A DNA stretch of 64,000 nt from Antedon mediterranea (lineage: Eukaryota > Animalia > Echinodermata). Shown in pieces: positions 14,003 through 27,560 of this stretch. The translations under genes were made by a program, and so were the position numbers. A model generated the notes under the pieces. The model ran no database searches. It worked only from the letters and a program-made list of their open reading frames with translations, and was not told the origin of the DNA. The stretch lies in contig NC_092673.1 of NCBI RefSeq assembly GCF_964355755.1, forward strand, positions 23,309,648 through 23,373,647. Reading direction: 5' to 3'. Position 1 is the stretch's first letter. The number at the start of each line of letters is the position of its first letter.

Positions 14003-16065
14003 AAAAAGGGTGGGTTCTTCAAATAACAAAATGTATTTTGCTCCAATTTAGCAAATTCATGGCATCAAGCCAATTATTCCTATTTTGAGGGTAACTGTCG
14101 ATGTCAAAGGTCATCCAATAGAGCAGGTTAATTCAATAATATTGGTGCCTGAACATGAAGAGTACGTTTAATTATCAAATACAGATAGCCTGATATTTTA
14201 TTCTAATCCGATAATTTCTGCTACAGGAAACATACGAATATGATCTGTCAGGTTGAAAGTGATTATTTAAAGTTGTTGAATTGTGATTGTAGGATATCCT
14301 AACAGAAGTATATTAGTGCTATTAGGGACAAGGGTCTGACCTATCTGTGGACGTGACTAATACGCCAGTGCGTCCGGTAACAGTACCGTACCTTATTTTT
14401 TATCAATTTTTTGTTCTTATTCTATATTACAGTAGTAATTAAGGTGACACCTACACGACCCAATAAAGTATCCCCTATGTGGTACGGTGGTTTGTAGTGT
14501 TAAACAGCTTAGATTTCTTCTCGTTTGTTTCACGCGAGAGTGTCCCCTGAATATGGTTGTCCTAAATATTCATAAAGTATTTATTTCGAAATTGGGTACT
14601 CTTCGCTTTTAAAGAGGGAGAGAGCTTCATTTAAATTATAATAACAACAACATTTGTAAGTTAACATTGAGTTAGTGACATTAATGATAATCAGTATCTA
14701 GAAAGAAGTGACAGATATTTAATAATATGAGAAGTACAGGGAACTACAAAAAAATAACATGGTAATTATTAGTACAACGTGATATTTGGATAACTAATTG
14801 TATTTCTAGATATAATACTTTAGATAATTACTTTAATATCCTTATCATTTTTTAAAAAGTTCATGTGTCAGTATCAACAACTTTGTGAAAATTGGCAAAC
14901 TTTCTAAAATGTAATGGCCACAAATATGTATGTTCTTGGACAGTAAATCTAAACAAGAATTACATTTTCCAGCAAATTTAAATTGTTTAGTAATCACCTT
15001 CCATGTACCTCTAGTTCTTTCATAATTATAATACAAATATGTATACAAAATAAACCTTACTTTGAAATTTTCTTATATGTTTTAAAAATAATCCAATTAC
15101 ATTATTAAATAAGGAAGGAAAAGGCTCGTATCAATAGCTGTTTCATAAACATGACCAAATCCTCAGCATTCAGTTCTTTTTTTTTGACATTTAACACAAC
15201 ATTATATTCGCAAGCTTTTCACAAACGTAAACATTATTATATAATTATGTACTATAATATGCTGACTAATGATTTCTTGCTAAAATTCAGAAATAATCTG
15301 ATCATCGTGTTTTCTTGTAATACATTCAAAGTTTAAAATTAGATTTATAGAATTTGCTTATTAATCAACACATTCTAGACTTATACTAAATTGGAAACAC
15401 ACCTCAGCAGTTTATTCATCTTAGAAAAATACATTTCTTCAATAAATACATTAACGTTAAGGGAAACATCAATTTTGAGGTCCGAACAGCTGAAGACCTG
15501 TTCGTAACTCCAGTACGCGTGTGCGCATGCGCCTGGACAAACGTTAACTACTAGGTCAGAACATACAATTCCCAATACACTCAATGTGTATGAAATTGAT
15601 ACAGATATTAAACATTCAATTACTGATATTAAAACATAACTAACATTTAACTATAGAAAACCATGTTAATAGACTGCCGTGCAATCATTAGCTTAACCAG
15701 TTTTATAAACCCAATGTACAATATATTTGCAAAATACGTTCAAAATCAATTAACGTCGAAATCAATTTCCTCGTTTTAGGAAACACTTGTATTCGAAACG
15801 TTTAAATGCAACCCATCTTTAAATTATATGTTAGTCATTTATCTACCAAATTACGTAGGAAACCACATGTCACCCATGCATGACCCCCGTCACCATCGCC
15901 CCTTCCCATGTGGCTTGTAACGGAACTTGAGCATTTAATGTATTAAAAGTAATTTATTAAACACCCATTGGCTGTCATGTAAATTTGTATTGTTGGACCA
16001 TTGATGAATTAGTTTTCTTCATGGATGTAGGCCTTAAAACAATTTACTAAGACGCAGGATTTAAT

Positions 16066-16750
16066 CACCACCCTAATTCCAGACCAGTACTGTGCCTAAC
16101 ATAATCCAGCCACCTCTTTGTTCCATTCCAGTGTGTCTCACATGCTCTAGCCACCATCTTAGCCTCAGACCAGTATATCTCCCATGCCCTAGCCACCATC
16201 TTAGTCTCAGACCAGTGTGTCTCACATGCTCCAGTCACCACCTTAGTCTCAGACCAGTGTGTCTCACATTCTCCAGCCACCTCCTTAATCACAGACCAGT
16301 GTGTCTACCCAGCTCCTGCCACCACCTTAATCCCAGACTAGGGTGTCTAACATCCTCCAGTCACCACCTTAATCCTAGACCAGCTGCAGCCACCACCTTA
16401 ATCCAAGATCACTGTGTCTACCATGCTCCAGCCACCACCTTCATCCAATACCAGCTACCATGCCCCAGAGCCACCACCTTCATCCCATACCAATGTGTCA
16501 AACATCCTCCAACCACCACCTTCATCCCATACCAGTGTGTCTACCATGTGCCAGCCATAACCATAATCCCAAATCAGTGTGTCTACCATGCTCCAGCCAC
16601 CACCACCTTAATCCAAGACCTGTGTGTCTACCATGCTCCAGCCACTACCTTCATCCCAGACCAGTGTGTCAAACATCCTCCAGCCCCCACCACTTTAATC
16701 ACAGAGTAGTGTATATAACATTCGCCAGCCACCATCTTAAACCCAGACTA
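16066..16750. repeat. Minisatellite, ~39-bp unit, about 17 copies
   Basis: Unit ccaccttaatcccagaccagtgtgtctaccatgctccagcca; explains the repetitive ORFs at 16065-16765. Confidence 0.92.
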
Positions 16751-17149
16751 TTCCCGTACAATTGACACATCTTTGTCTCTTGACACCGATGAGGTTTGCT
16801 CAGTCTTTCACTAAATATTACCGAGCTAAAATCGCTATTAAGTATTAACAGTCATCATAACGGTCATGTACGAGCAGCATGGTCAATTAATTTATAGTTA
16901 TTTTGACAAGTATACCATAGTGGGAACGGAATATGTATATTAGCGTGCCTAGGAAAATAATGCAGACGTATTAGCAACAAAAAACTGATGCGAACAATTA
17001 TTGGAAAATTCACAAAATGAGATATCATGTTCCAAACAACTTTTGAATTTCGTTTTTTTTAAATTTTAACTTTTGTTTGTACCGTAATGTCACCAGAATC
17101 TCAATGAAATGATCTGCTAATTCAACCGGGAATTCAACTCACACGAATA

Positions 17150-17850
17150 TCATTCATTCATTCATTCATTCATCTTTTATTTCGGAAAAAACAAATTCTC
17201 CATAGTTCAGTAACAAGTTAGTGTACATTATTGCATATATAATAAATACATATATATATGTAAATAAAATAACAGCAGAAAACTTGGTTACTTCATTGTT
17301 TTAATCACTATAAATTTGTTTCGTACAACCAGCATGTAGCTGGCCGCACTCTTCAGGTGAAATATAAAACATATATATATATATGTAGATATGTAAAAAA
17401 AAACCTACGCTACATAGTCAAGTGGTTAGGACAATAGCTTCATCCATCTACTATGTAGATTGGATGAAGAAAAAGCAAATTCATGAATACATTTTATGAC
17501 AATATTGTCTGACCTCCCTAACCTGCATAACATGCCAAACACCACCTTCCGTTGTAGTTCGTAGAACGAGCAGATGTGGTTTTCTACAAACATGGTGCTG
17601 GCACTCCATGACCTAGGTTTATTAAGGAGCAGGCGTAAGGCATTGTTGAAGCCCACCTTTAGTGCTTCCATAGATTTTACATTAAAATTTGCCCACAAAG
17701 AAGCACAGTATAAGTTACTACAATATGTTTTAAACAAAAAACACCTTTTATTAGAGCATTTTGAGAAAGTTCTACATAGTGTATTAGCTCTAATGCACAA
17801 TGACCTGTACTGTCGTTTGATATCCGTATCATCTTTCAATATCGAAATGC
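17150..17850 (-). mobile_element. 5'-truncated non-LTR retrotransposon (C-terminus of ORF2 plus 3' UTR); Proto2/RTEX-like, clade uncertain
   Basis: DDTDIKRQYRSL...LFKTYCSNLYCASLW...FNNALRLLL...SASTMFV...RLGRSDN resembles a LINE post-RT region. Stop at 17426, then AATAAA and a (TGAA)n tail at 17150-17173. Confidence 0.8.
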
Positions 17851-18587
17851 CCTTCATTATTCCCTTCATTATTCCCTGACATGGTTTTAATAGTTTCTGT
17901 GTTTTTTTTGTAAAATTAGTTTGCCAGAAGCTGGTTTTATATACAGTTTTAGCGATTATTTGGAAATATATTTTGCTTACTACCAGTACCAAAGTTTTAA
18001 TTTAAACAGCCAGTTAATATTAGCCTGCCTGTTACGGATGTCCGTTCAGGAGACTTTATGTCTGCCTGAGTCTGTTTTACGCTTCTAAGTTCTACAGTTT
18101 ACTAAGCATGAGCAAGGGAGATTGTAAAAGACAGAAAATTAATGTATATAATATTTAGAAATTGCTTTTTAATGCTTATATTATTAATGTGATTCTATCA
18201 GATATACCATAGAATGTAGGACGTAAGTTGTAATTTTTAACGAAGTAACAGCTGCACTGCTCTTTCGCTAACCTTCGTTGTGTGTAAACCATGGGTTAAC
18301 TTTGTGGTGCAGAATGTCAGACACTCATACTATGCTATTTATTCGGTGTACATTATAGAAAATAAACAAGGTTATATTGACAAAGGTTGCATCTAAACTT
18401 AATGTTTGATAGAAGTTCAGGCGGATGCCTCTTAGCTTCATATTCAGTCTCGAATTAAGTGTACTACCTCAGACTGAGGGAAATTAATTATTCTTATTCT
18501 TTGAATTTGAGACTAAAAATTCAGGCTATGGGTTCTGTTGTGGTATCTCGAAGAAGCCATCTTTTTTATATCCTGAAAAACAAAACC

Positions 18588-18935
18588 AACAAGCACGAAT
18601 GTGCGATACTCGGGGTACAGCAAAAGAAGCTGTAATGACGTAATAGGACGGGATGACGTCACATACACATCAAAATCAGCTACCAAATACGGCTATACGG
18701 TATCATCTTCGAGACGTGATATGGCTGCATCCTGTGTGAAATTTAAAAATTCGGCTCAACAGCTTTGAGGACATGTCCCTGTAGTATATTCATGCCAAAT
18801 CCCAGCTCAATACTACAACGAGTAAGGGAGGGGTAGTACTTTATAAATCGCACTTTTTACTCAATAGTGTCCAGATGGAGGAAATGGAAGAGGAGAAGAT
18901 GAGAGAGTCCTAGACGCGGGTACCCCGAGTAAAAA
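18588..18935 (+). mobile_element. Helentron-associated non-autonomous element (HINE/DINE-1-like)
   Basis: Starts aacaag. 12-bp subterminal inverted repeat tactcggggtac (18607-18618) / gtaccccgagta (18920-18931), then an A-run. Purine-rich simple repeat near the 3' end; catgccaaat core. Confidence 0.65.
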
Positions 18936-19802
18936 GTAATCTCTTCATCTCTAGTAGTTAGAAGTCATTCTAGAATTTACTCATGTCATTTTTGTTGGCT
19001 CTCCTCAATTTACCCTATTATTGCTTTTCTTTGTTGAGACAGACTACGGTGCACATTACCATAGAGGATAAACACAATTCTTGTCTTGTTCCATTATATT
19101 ATAGGATCTTTAGTTCATTCTGAAATCTTTTAAATGTTTACTTGTTTAGACCTTTGACAAATAATCAATTCAGGCTTTACGACCCTTCAAAATGGGAGAA
19201 AGAATACTTAGCACAAGGTAGATAGCACGTTATATACGTATAGAAATGTTAGTATAGGCCTATTACTGAATATCATCACCCGACACATGGAGTATCTCTT
19301 CGTAACCTTGAGGTACAAAGTTCCAGAACATTGCAAATTAGAACAAGACATCACGTACATTTTCAATAGAATGAAATTGAAATATTTGCTTTTTACTGGC
19401 AAAATCTATCCATACTCATGATATTAAATCTGCGAGTAATTTCCTGTGAGGACATGAAATTGAAATCGGTGAGGCTGAATGGTATAATATATCTTCTGAA
19501 AAACATATATCGGTAGAGTGTCAAAACATGAATGTTGGTTGATTCTATTGCACTTTTGCATAAACTGGTGCGAACATTTTTTTCATTTATTTTAAAGACG
19601 TGTTTTAAAGTTAGGTTAGTTCGGTAGAAGAATAATATTCCAATAGATAGGTAGAAAGGTTGAATCTTACAAATCAATTTATTTTAAATGCCATCATGCT
19701 GATTGCAGTATAGTATTTTGCTCTTAAGATGTACAAAGTTAGTCAATCTTTTCCACTATTTTGACAAAAACCCAAAGGAAACGTATTGCAGTGATTACAA
19801 TT

Positions 19803-20122
19803 AGTCTTCGCTCCCATTTTGTCCAGGGTGTTGGAAACCTCTCCAGTCTTCGCTCCCATTTTGTCCAGGGTGTTGGAAACCTCTCCTGTCTTCGCTCCCA
19901 TTGTGTCCAGGGTGTTGAAAACCTCTCCAGTCTTCGCTCCCATTTTGTCCAGGGTGTTGGAAACCTCTCCTGTCTTCGCTCCCATTGTGTCCAGGGTGTT
20001 GAAAACCTCTCCAGTCTTCGCTCCCATTGTGTCCAGGGTGTTGAAAACCTCTCCAGGGGTGTTGGAACCTCTCCAGTCTTCGCTCCCATTTTTTCCAGGG
20101 GTGTTAGAAATTTCTCCAGTCT
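19803..20122. repeat. Minisatellite, 42-bp unit, about 7.5 near-identical copies
   Basis: Unit agtcttcgctcccattttgtccagggtgttggaaacctctcc, head-to-tail with no spacers. Confidence 0.95.
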
Positions 20123-21094
20123 TCTGGTTTACATCCTGACACATGCATAACAGCTACTTATTAAGAAAATTAGAAAGGAAAAGTGGCAGAATCGCATTCC
20201 TTCACCAGATTGTCAAAGATTACGCATCAAGACAATAATTAGGCTAAGAATCACGATTAAGATACTGAAAAGAGGTGGTATTCTAACGTGATTAAGGAAA
20301 TGAGTTTATTCCAATTTGATTTTTAAATAGATATATTAAAATATAGAACACAATTAATATAAAGAAGTGATAAAATACAGTAAAAATCGAAATGCTTTGT
20401 AATTTTTACATTATGTAAGTCAATGAATTACTACAAATAGAAATGTGTTATAATTTCAATATTGTATGCATGCATGTTTATTCGAGGACAAACAAGTTTT
20501 TGATGGGGACTTTATTCCATGTTCTCTAAGTGGGAACTTTTTCCGACGAGTTTCTTCAAAGGCAAGGTTTATTCGAATAAAGTGTTCTATGAACGATATA
20601 AAGGCCTACTGACAATTAGCAATAAACAGTGCGTTTTTCTAAAATGACAACGTTTTATCATGTAATTAAAAATAACAAAATCAAACAACATAGGAAGTAT
20701 GATCCTTTAACCAAGGACCTTTAATTTGACTAAAGTGATTTAGGTAATTAAATAATTAAAGATAATTTTTGGAAATTTTAATCTTCACTCCCTATACACT
20801 ATATTTACTATTTTGGGCCTTGACAATATATTAATAAGGTGCATACGCCGCATTGTACTGTAGGCTATACCTACAAATCATTCTAGAATGTTCTATTTGG
20901 TCTAAAAAGATGCCGTCATATAAAACATACATGATGCAATATATAGATATATTATGGCTGTTTTATTACGGTTAATGTACTAATACGTTTAAAATATGCA
21001 CCTTGATATTTAGTATATAAACAAAAAATCAAGGCATCACCAATCCAATTTTTCATCATAGCTTTTACAGACTATAAATCATTAATAATTAACT

Positions 21095-21485
21095 CGAATG
21101 TACTGGGGAAATATGATTGAAATGGTTACCCAACTTTAGAAATTAACTTTGTATTTAAACCTTCTCATGCTATTAAACTCATTCGAACTATAATGAATAC
21201 GTACTGGGGAATTAATTGATTGGAAGGGTTACCTACTTTAGTGGTTAACTTGTTAATTTTACCCTCTGTACTAGGTCATTATATTGACAACTAAATAAAT
21301 GTACTGGGGCTTGAAGTGGTTCCTTCATTTTGGAGGTCGGGCGATTTTGTATTTACCCTCTGTGGCATTGACAACTAGGCCTACACATACGGAGGTGGGG
21401 GGGGGGGATTAACTGATTGAAGTGCCCCCCCCTCCCCCCGCCCTCACTTGTAGTATTGGCAAGTAAATGTACTGGGGCATTAATA
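21095..21485. repeat. Degenerate ~100-bp tandem repeat (about 4 copies)
   Basis: (a)tgtactgggg...gattg..a..ggtt...accctctg recurs at ~21098, 21201, 21299 and 21468. Confidence 0.6.
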
Positions 21486-22566
21486 TCCATAATAATCAAC
21501 CTTGATTACAAAAAGTGAATCATGATGAGTTGTAGTTTGCCTTGCCAGCCATTCATTGTTGTATCCCATCATTTAATGCTTCAATGAAAACAGGAAACGC
21601 TGGCAAGAGCAAGGGTATTGGAGTAAGGTCGCCAACAAGCCTATATAATTCGTTATTGATACGTTGCTGAACTTAGCCACACCTAGCGACAATAACCAAC
21701 TACCATAGTACGCATCAATGAACGTTCAACTGGTGGAGGGAATATGATCTGGGAAAAAACGAGGTTCCATGTGATTTCATTTTAAAGACTGCATTTTGTC
21801 ATCACGAAACCTATATATTGAATTGATAGTGTATTATAATTCAGAAGGGAACACTTTCTTCGTAAATTATTTGGCAACAATTACTTGACCATCGAAGTTG
21901 TTTAGTATACAATTAAACTTATTTCATCATTTAGAATAATTGGATTACAATACTCCATTTTCACATAATTTTTTTATATATTAAAAGTTCCTTGGGCCTA
22001 CTATACATTTGATGATATTGAGAAATACAGCAGTTTGGCAAAACTAAAAACCGGTGTTTTATTAGAGAACTAGGCGAGGCCTAATTCTTATGCAACATCA
22101 TGATTTAAAAACCTCACAATTGTTTTATTTTATTCATACAACTCTGAATTTATTAGCTAACTATGTGTATATAAATAGTGACCTTGAACTGTTACTAAAC
22201 ATTCGCCTACACAAAATTACCTAATCTTTCTATTAATAAAATGTATGTATGTATGTACAATGTTATTTCCAAAGCGCATTGTATTTCCACCGCAACGTTT
22301 AAAAAGTCCCAAAAGTAAACATGAAATTAGCAGATGCAATTTTAAGTTATAATATAATTATATATAAATAAATTCATTTGATGGACCGATCAGTTCAACC
22401 TAATATTCGATATGTGAATTAACGTAACAAATTCTTACAAACTCACTGAAACGTCAAATGCAGTTTGTGTGAAACAGTGGAATAATAGTATTAATAGTAA
22501 GTAGTAGGCGGATATCAGCGACAGGTGGCTCACGACCCTGCTTGAAATTAGTACACATTTTACGTT

Positions 22567-22803
22567 ACCATGGCTCAACATTGGTATGCATAAATTGGAT
22601 TATGACATATCGTTTGTACCACCCAACTATAGTGTATTAAAATAGGTTATAGGTAGATCTGGCGCAATGAACACGCTACCATACCTCAACATTTACAAGA
22701 TAGTTGGTGCATAAATTGGACTATGACTGCGACATATCGTTACAGTACCACCCAACTATAGTGTAATAAAATAGGTTAAATAGTAGATTTGGCGTAATGA
22801 ACA
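22567..22803. repeat. Tandem duplication of ~110-125 bp
   Basis: gcataaattgga...gacatatcgtt...gtaccacccaactatagtgta.taaaataggtta...tggcg.aatgaaca occurs twice. Confidence 0.85.
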
Positions 22804-24061
22804 GGGAATAAAGAAAGCAAAAACGAAACAATATTAGAGGAAACACCAAGGCCTACATTTTGTATATTGAAGATTTGTTGAGAAAGAAGGCATGATACAA
22901 AGCACATGAGATATCAATGGATCGGGGCGAGAACGCAGGAAAATCATTAGTGTCTGGGGAGTTTCACCAACAATAAATGACCATGGGAAACTACCTCCTA
23001 CTCTTTGGAATTAGCAGATCAGAACATATTATTGAATATAATGTTCATTTACCGTCGTATAATTTTAAGATCTTATTGATATTATTATAACTATTATTTA
23101 ATTTATAACTAAGGTTCTACATATTTGTAATTTTATCAACATGCTATTTATCAAATAAAGTCGGATCATCATTTGGTTTCAGTCCGTATGTGGTTTTGGC
23201 AACGGAAAAGGAAAGTTGAATCAGAAAGATGATCAGCTGCCACTGGATACTACAGACACATATAATTAGACACACGTAGTCAAATATAATTTTGAGATAA
23301 AAATGATTGACTCATAAGGCATTTTTTGGTGGAAGTAACGAAGAGTACCTATAGGAATCCTCCTTCATTGGTTGAAGTAGGCCTACTTTTAGATAGCAAA
23401 TATGATGTACATTAACATATCACCAAGACAGAGCAGCTTAAAACCGTAGATAAAATGGCAACAGACAAAACAAAATTAACAGGTAGGAATGTCATTGAAA
23501 ACCGGTATTCCTGGAAATTTTAGGGTACCCTCTGGATCCGGCTATACTTTTATAAAGTTAGAAGTTCAGGATTTGATGAGGGCGCTAGTAAGTTTTTAAA
23601 TCTGTGTAAAAGTCTCGGTGACTTGATCATGTCATGAAGTATCCACAGTCATGGAAGCGAAGAGAGTACTGGTGGATTTTGTAAGGGCTGATAAACTAGT
23701 AAACTAAGACTTACGAATCTACGAACATGAAAACATCTTGTAACATTTTGCTGAGAATTTGTACAAACATACATGGAAAAGAAAATGTGTTTCAATCCAA
23801 GGAACATAGTGTAGTACGTTACTAGCCTAGATACTACTTTTGCTTTCTCAGGGATGTTCTGGTCCTGCTCTGTTAGTCCAGTCAATCTAGTGATATTTAG
23901 AGGTAAACCCACCACAAATTGCAATAGTAACGAAACATTAATTTTTTCATTCCAAATGTAGTTTATAATGACATATTAAAAGTCACCAAAAATTGAAGCA
24001 TTGGAACACATTATTTTTTACGTAATCTCAACAACTATATAGTGATTTTATTCCATAAGTA

Positions 24062-24765
24062 TTTTGGGGTAGGGGGTAACATTTATGCCCATAACTTGTG
24101 GTTTTATAATCCAATCTCAATAATCTTGATATCAATGTGTAGAATATATATTTCTTTCTAATATGCAATTTACAAAAACAAAATACAACATTTATTTATA
24201 TAACTAGAGGTCAAAAGGTTATTGACCTTTTACAAAAAAATGATTAACTGTAATATTGTGCCATAATTGTATATGCATTTAATCAAAATTGTGTTTTATC
24301 TGTACCTATCGATATATAAAATCGCAAACATGATGTTAACTAGAAGAATTTTAAAAGTAATGATGTACTATTCTTACTGAAATTGATTCTTGGTCAAATG
24401 TAATGTAAACAATTTCGGGGTAGGGGGTAGCGTTTATGCCTATAATCCATTGTTTTATAATCATATCTAAATAGCTTTAGTACCAATGTGTAGAGTATAT
24501 ATATCCTACTAATAATATACATTAAAAAAACAATTAATAACAGTTATACGTAACTAGAGGTCAAAAGGTCATTGACCTTTTACAAAAACTCAAATGTTCT
24601 TAAAATAGCGTAAAACTAAATTATGTTTATATATATTATATATATATTTTTTTTTTTTGGTGCAAATAATGTTTTTCTTGTACCTATTGTATCGTCATGA
24701 AATAGGAAAAATGATACTAGCTAGAAGAAAATTGAAATTCATTAGCGGTATGTACTATTGATGAT
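24062..24765. repeat. ~350-bp subterminal tandem duplication inside the Academ element
   Basis: ggggtagggggta.c.tttatgcc.ataa...taactagaggtcaaaaggt.attgaccttttacaaaaa at ~24066 and ~24417. Confidence 0.85.
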
Positions 24766-24852
24766 TAATTAATGAGTCTTGATAATTTACTATAGATAGA
24801 TTTTTGATAATTTTAGTATCAACGAATGTACGTAATGAGAAGTATTTTATCT

Positions 24853-25720
24853 TCGCAGGGTTGCGTCTTCTCTCCTCTCTTGTATGTTATATACACGGAT
24901 GACTGTCGGAGCAAACAGGACAATCTTTTCAAATTTGGTGACGACACTGTCTTGCTGTCTCTCCTTCAAAATTCACAGGACGGTCATGGTTCCGCATTAG
25001 ATGGTTTTATCCAATTTTGTGGAAACTCCTACTTGAAACTCAATGTCACCAAAACCAAGGAGATAATTGTAAATTTTAGGAAGGAGAAAGGACGCAGCCC
25101 TCTGGTATCCCCCACAAATGACGAACCAGCGATATTGTCCATTCCTTTAAATACCTAGGTACTATATTTGAGTACAATCTCAGCTGGGAATTAAATACAG
25201 AGGCAATAGTAAAGAAAGGACACCAGAGACTTTATCTGTTAAGGAAGCTGAACCATTTTAATGTCAATAAAGTAATTCTCATGGTTTTTTATAATTCCTT
25301 TATTGAGAACGTTTTAACTTTTTTCCTTTATATGCTGGTCTTTTAGTCTTAGGGTCAAAGAGAGAAACTCACTACAAAGTTGTTAACTTAAGTTCTAAAT
25401 TAATAGGTTGTCAACTTCGTAGCTTGTCTTCCTTCTGTGACATGCACACTCTAGAAAAAAGTAGAGCTATTCTAAAAAATGTTAACCATGCCTTGTTCAG
25501 TGATTTCGAGCTCATGCCTCATGGGCGTCGCTTTCAATGCCCGGCATGTAGAACAAACTGGAAAAGAAATTCGTTTTTGCCAGTTGCCATCCGACTCTTA
25601 AATTCTTGAACTTTGACTCTTGTTATATTGTACTGTATATTGTGATATTTTTGTATATTTTGTAAGATCATTTTAATCCAGACCTTTTTATTTGAATTGC
25701 TCCGTGTGGGATGATATTGT
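24853..25720 (+). mobile_element. 5'-truncated, frameshifted Rex1/Babar LINE nested in the Academ element
   Basis: QGCVFSPLLYVIYTDDC, KFGDDT (degenerate YADD), LNVTKTKEIIVNFRK, KYLGT, QRLYLLRKL and terminal RTNWKRNSFLPVAIRLLN. Confidence 0.88.
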
Positions 25721-25779
25721 TTAATCCTTCAAATAGAAAAGGACTCACAACTTATATGTCATCAGTATCACTTTCTTGT

Positions 25780-27560
25780 TCGGGTATTAGTACAGTGCAA
25801 TGCCATTGCATTCACCACATGTAGTTCTAGTTACCCCTGAATGCTTCAAGGAGATACTCAGGCTCTGGCTTTAAGTCTGTGTGTAGAGGAACCATGTTTC
25901 CATCATCTGATCTTCCATCCCCAATCCTCGGTACACATATCAACCCCACTCCATTGCTAAAAGATAACTTGAACTTGAACATGATGTTAAGTACCTTGGT
26001 TGTGGTACGATTATGAAGTTGGCGATATGCGAGGTTGTACTTGATGGGATGGAGTCAAATGCATTCCACGTTGTCCAGGTAGTAGTGCATTGTACAGACG
26101 CACTAAACCATTTTCTCTAGCAACCACAATGTCATCCTTTGTAGCTTGTTTGCATTTGAAGACTACAGCATAATGTCAGAAATAAGTGCAATGACAAGCT
26201 TTTTTTAGAGCCACTTGTTTTCCAATTCCGAAAACTCTGGATGTTGTGTCACCAGTATCGCATGAGCAAACAGAAGGTTATCACAGATGTCTCTCAGATG
26301 TACTGTTTGAACCAGTTTGATAGTCCAGCATCTCAGCTCCAGTCTAAAGAATATCACAAGATGTTTTAAATGCTTGACTGCAGAGGAGCACTAGTAGATC
26401 CGTGTCATCGGATAATGACAGCTGTTTTCCTGTTTGCTGATTCAATGGTTTTTTGTACTATCCGAAAGAACATCTGCATCAGAAGCTGCATTCACTCATT
26501 GCCATGTTGTTCAAATACTAGTTACGAAGATTTATAAATTGTTGTTTGTTACAGAAAGTGATCCTATTTTGTGGAACATGTCACTGGTAAAATGTACAGG
26601 ACTACCACCTGACCCGCCTTACCATGTGCGCCGTCTTTGGTGGACGAGCCGCTTTCATAATTATCAAAGACTATGCAGAGCAATATTTTTTACAGATCTC
26701 TCTACACTATTCCATATGAATGCTGTGCAGTAGAGCACTACCATCTAAAATGTAGGCCTACTGGACATCATTCAGTGAGTTGGATGTATTAGACTTTTCA
26801 GAAGAAGTTGTTTCCACGTGGCATCATGTTGGTTTATTAGCTGAAAGTATTGTAAGTTGGTAGTTTCAAAAAGTGGTGGTGGGTAACAAAGTAGGATTGA
26901 TGCACACATATGACTTTATTGCCAGGATCTTGAATACATTGGAAGACTTTCTGGCCAAAATATTCAATGCTTAATACCACATTGCTAATATTCCGAGTCA
27001 CCTGCAGTAACTCCCGTGTCAATGGTATGAAGTCTCTGAGTCGTAACCAAATGGATTTTTCAATTGCCATTGTGTTCCTGACGTGTGGCTATAAGGTCTT
27101 ATGTTGGCCGCTGCTGCTCTGGAGTAACGCCCTGATACTATTACAAGGCATTACATACATTTCCGCGCAGATTTGGTCTGGATGTACGCATTCCTATATT
27201 TTCTTGTCAAACCTCTTGTTTTCTTTGAGGCTTCTCATAGAAACTTTTTCAATCACCTGCAGGTCTGTTGACAATCCAGCTCAGATGGTCCGAACGTCAT
27301 ACAACATCTTTGTATTTCTACTGGTTAAAAAATACTTATACATTCCAATATAAATACTGTAACCATGGCAACACAAATGCCAACTGGAAAAAATGGAATG
27401 TAGATCATCCAGAAGCAACAGGAACGGAGATGTCACTCATCTGCATCTTGAACTGGTCATGTGTATCGCGTTGGACTGAAATGTTCACCCCAGGGAATCC
27501 CTGTGTGTATACCATTGTTGTTTACAGCGAAAACAACATTTTTAGCCAAAATTGACACAT
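25780..27560 (-). pseudogene. Decayed Academ transposase (XPG/PIN-like nuclease part and Cys-rich C-terminus)
   Basis: Hand-translated fragments with frameshifts: LDGSALLH (~26725-26750), SSTKD (~26635), IVQKTIES..TAVII/DDTDLLVLLC (26380-26460), FAHAI/GDTTSRVFGIGK (26215-26270), WGW...PLHTDLKPEPEYLL (25845-25925). The 5' limit is approximate. Confidence 0.8.

Noticed and set aside
16065-16765. Keratin-associated or mucin-like ORFs
   Set aside because: Products of a 39-bp minisatellite, with no convincing start, splice context or non-repeat domain.
19803-20122. CRISPR-like array
   Set aside because: Units are head-to-tail with no unique spacers, no cas genes are present, and the context is eukaryotic.
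26200-26500. Host XPG/FEN1-family pseudogene
   Set aside because: It lies between TIRs with a TSD and alongside other Academ-type motifs.
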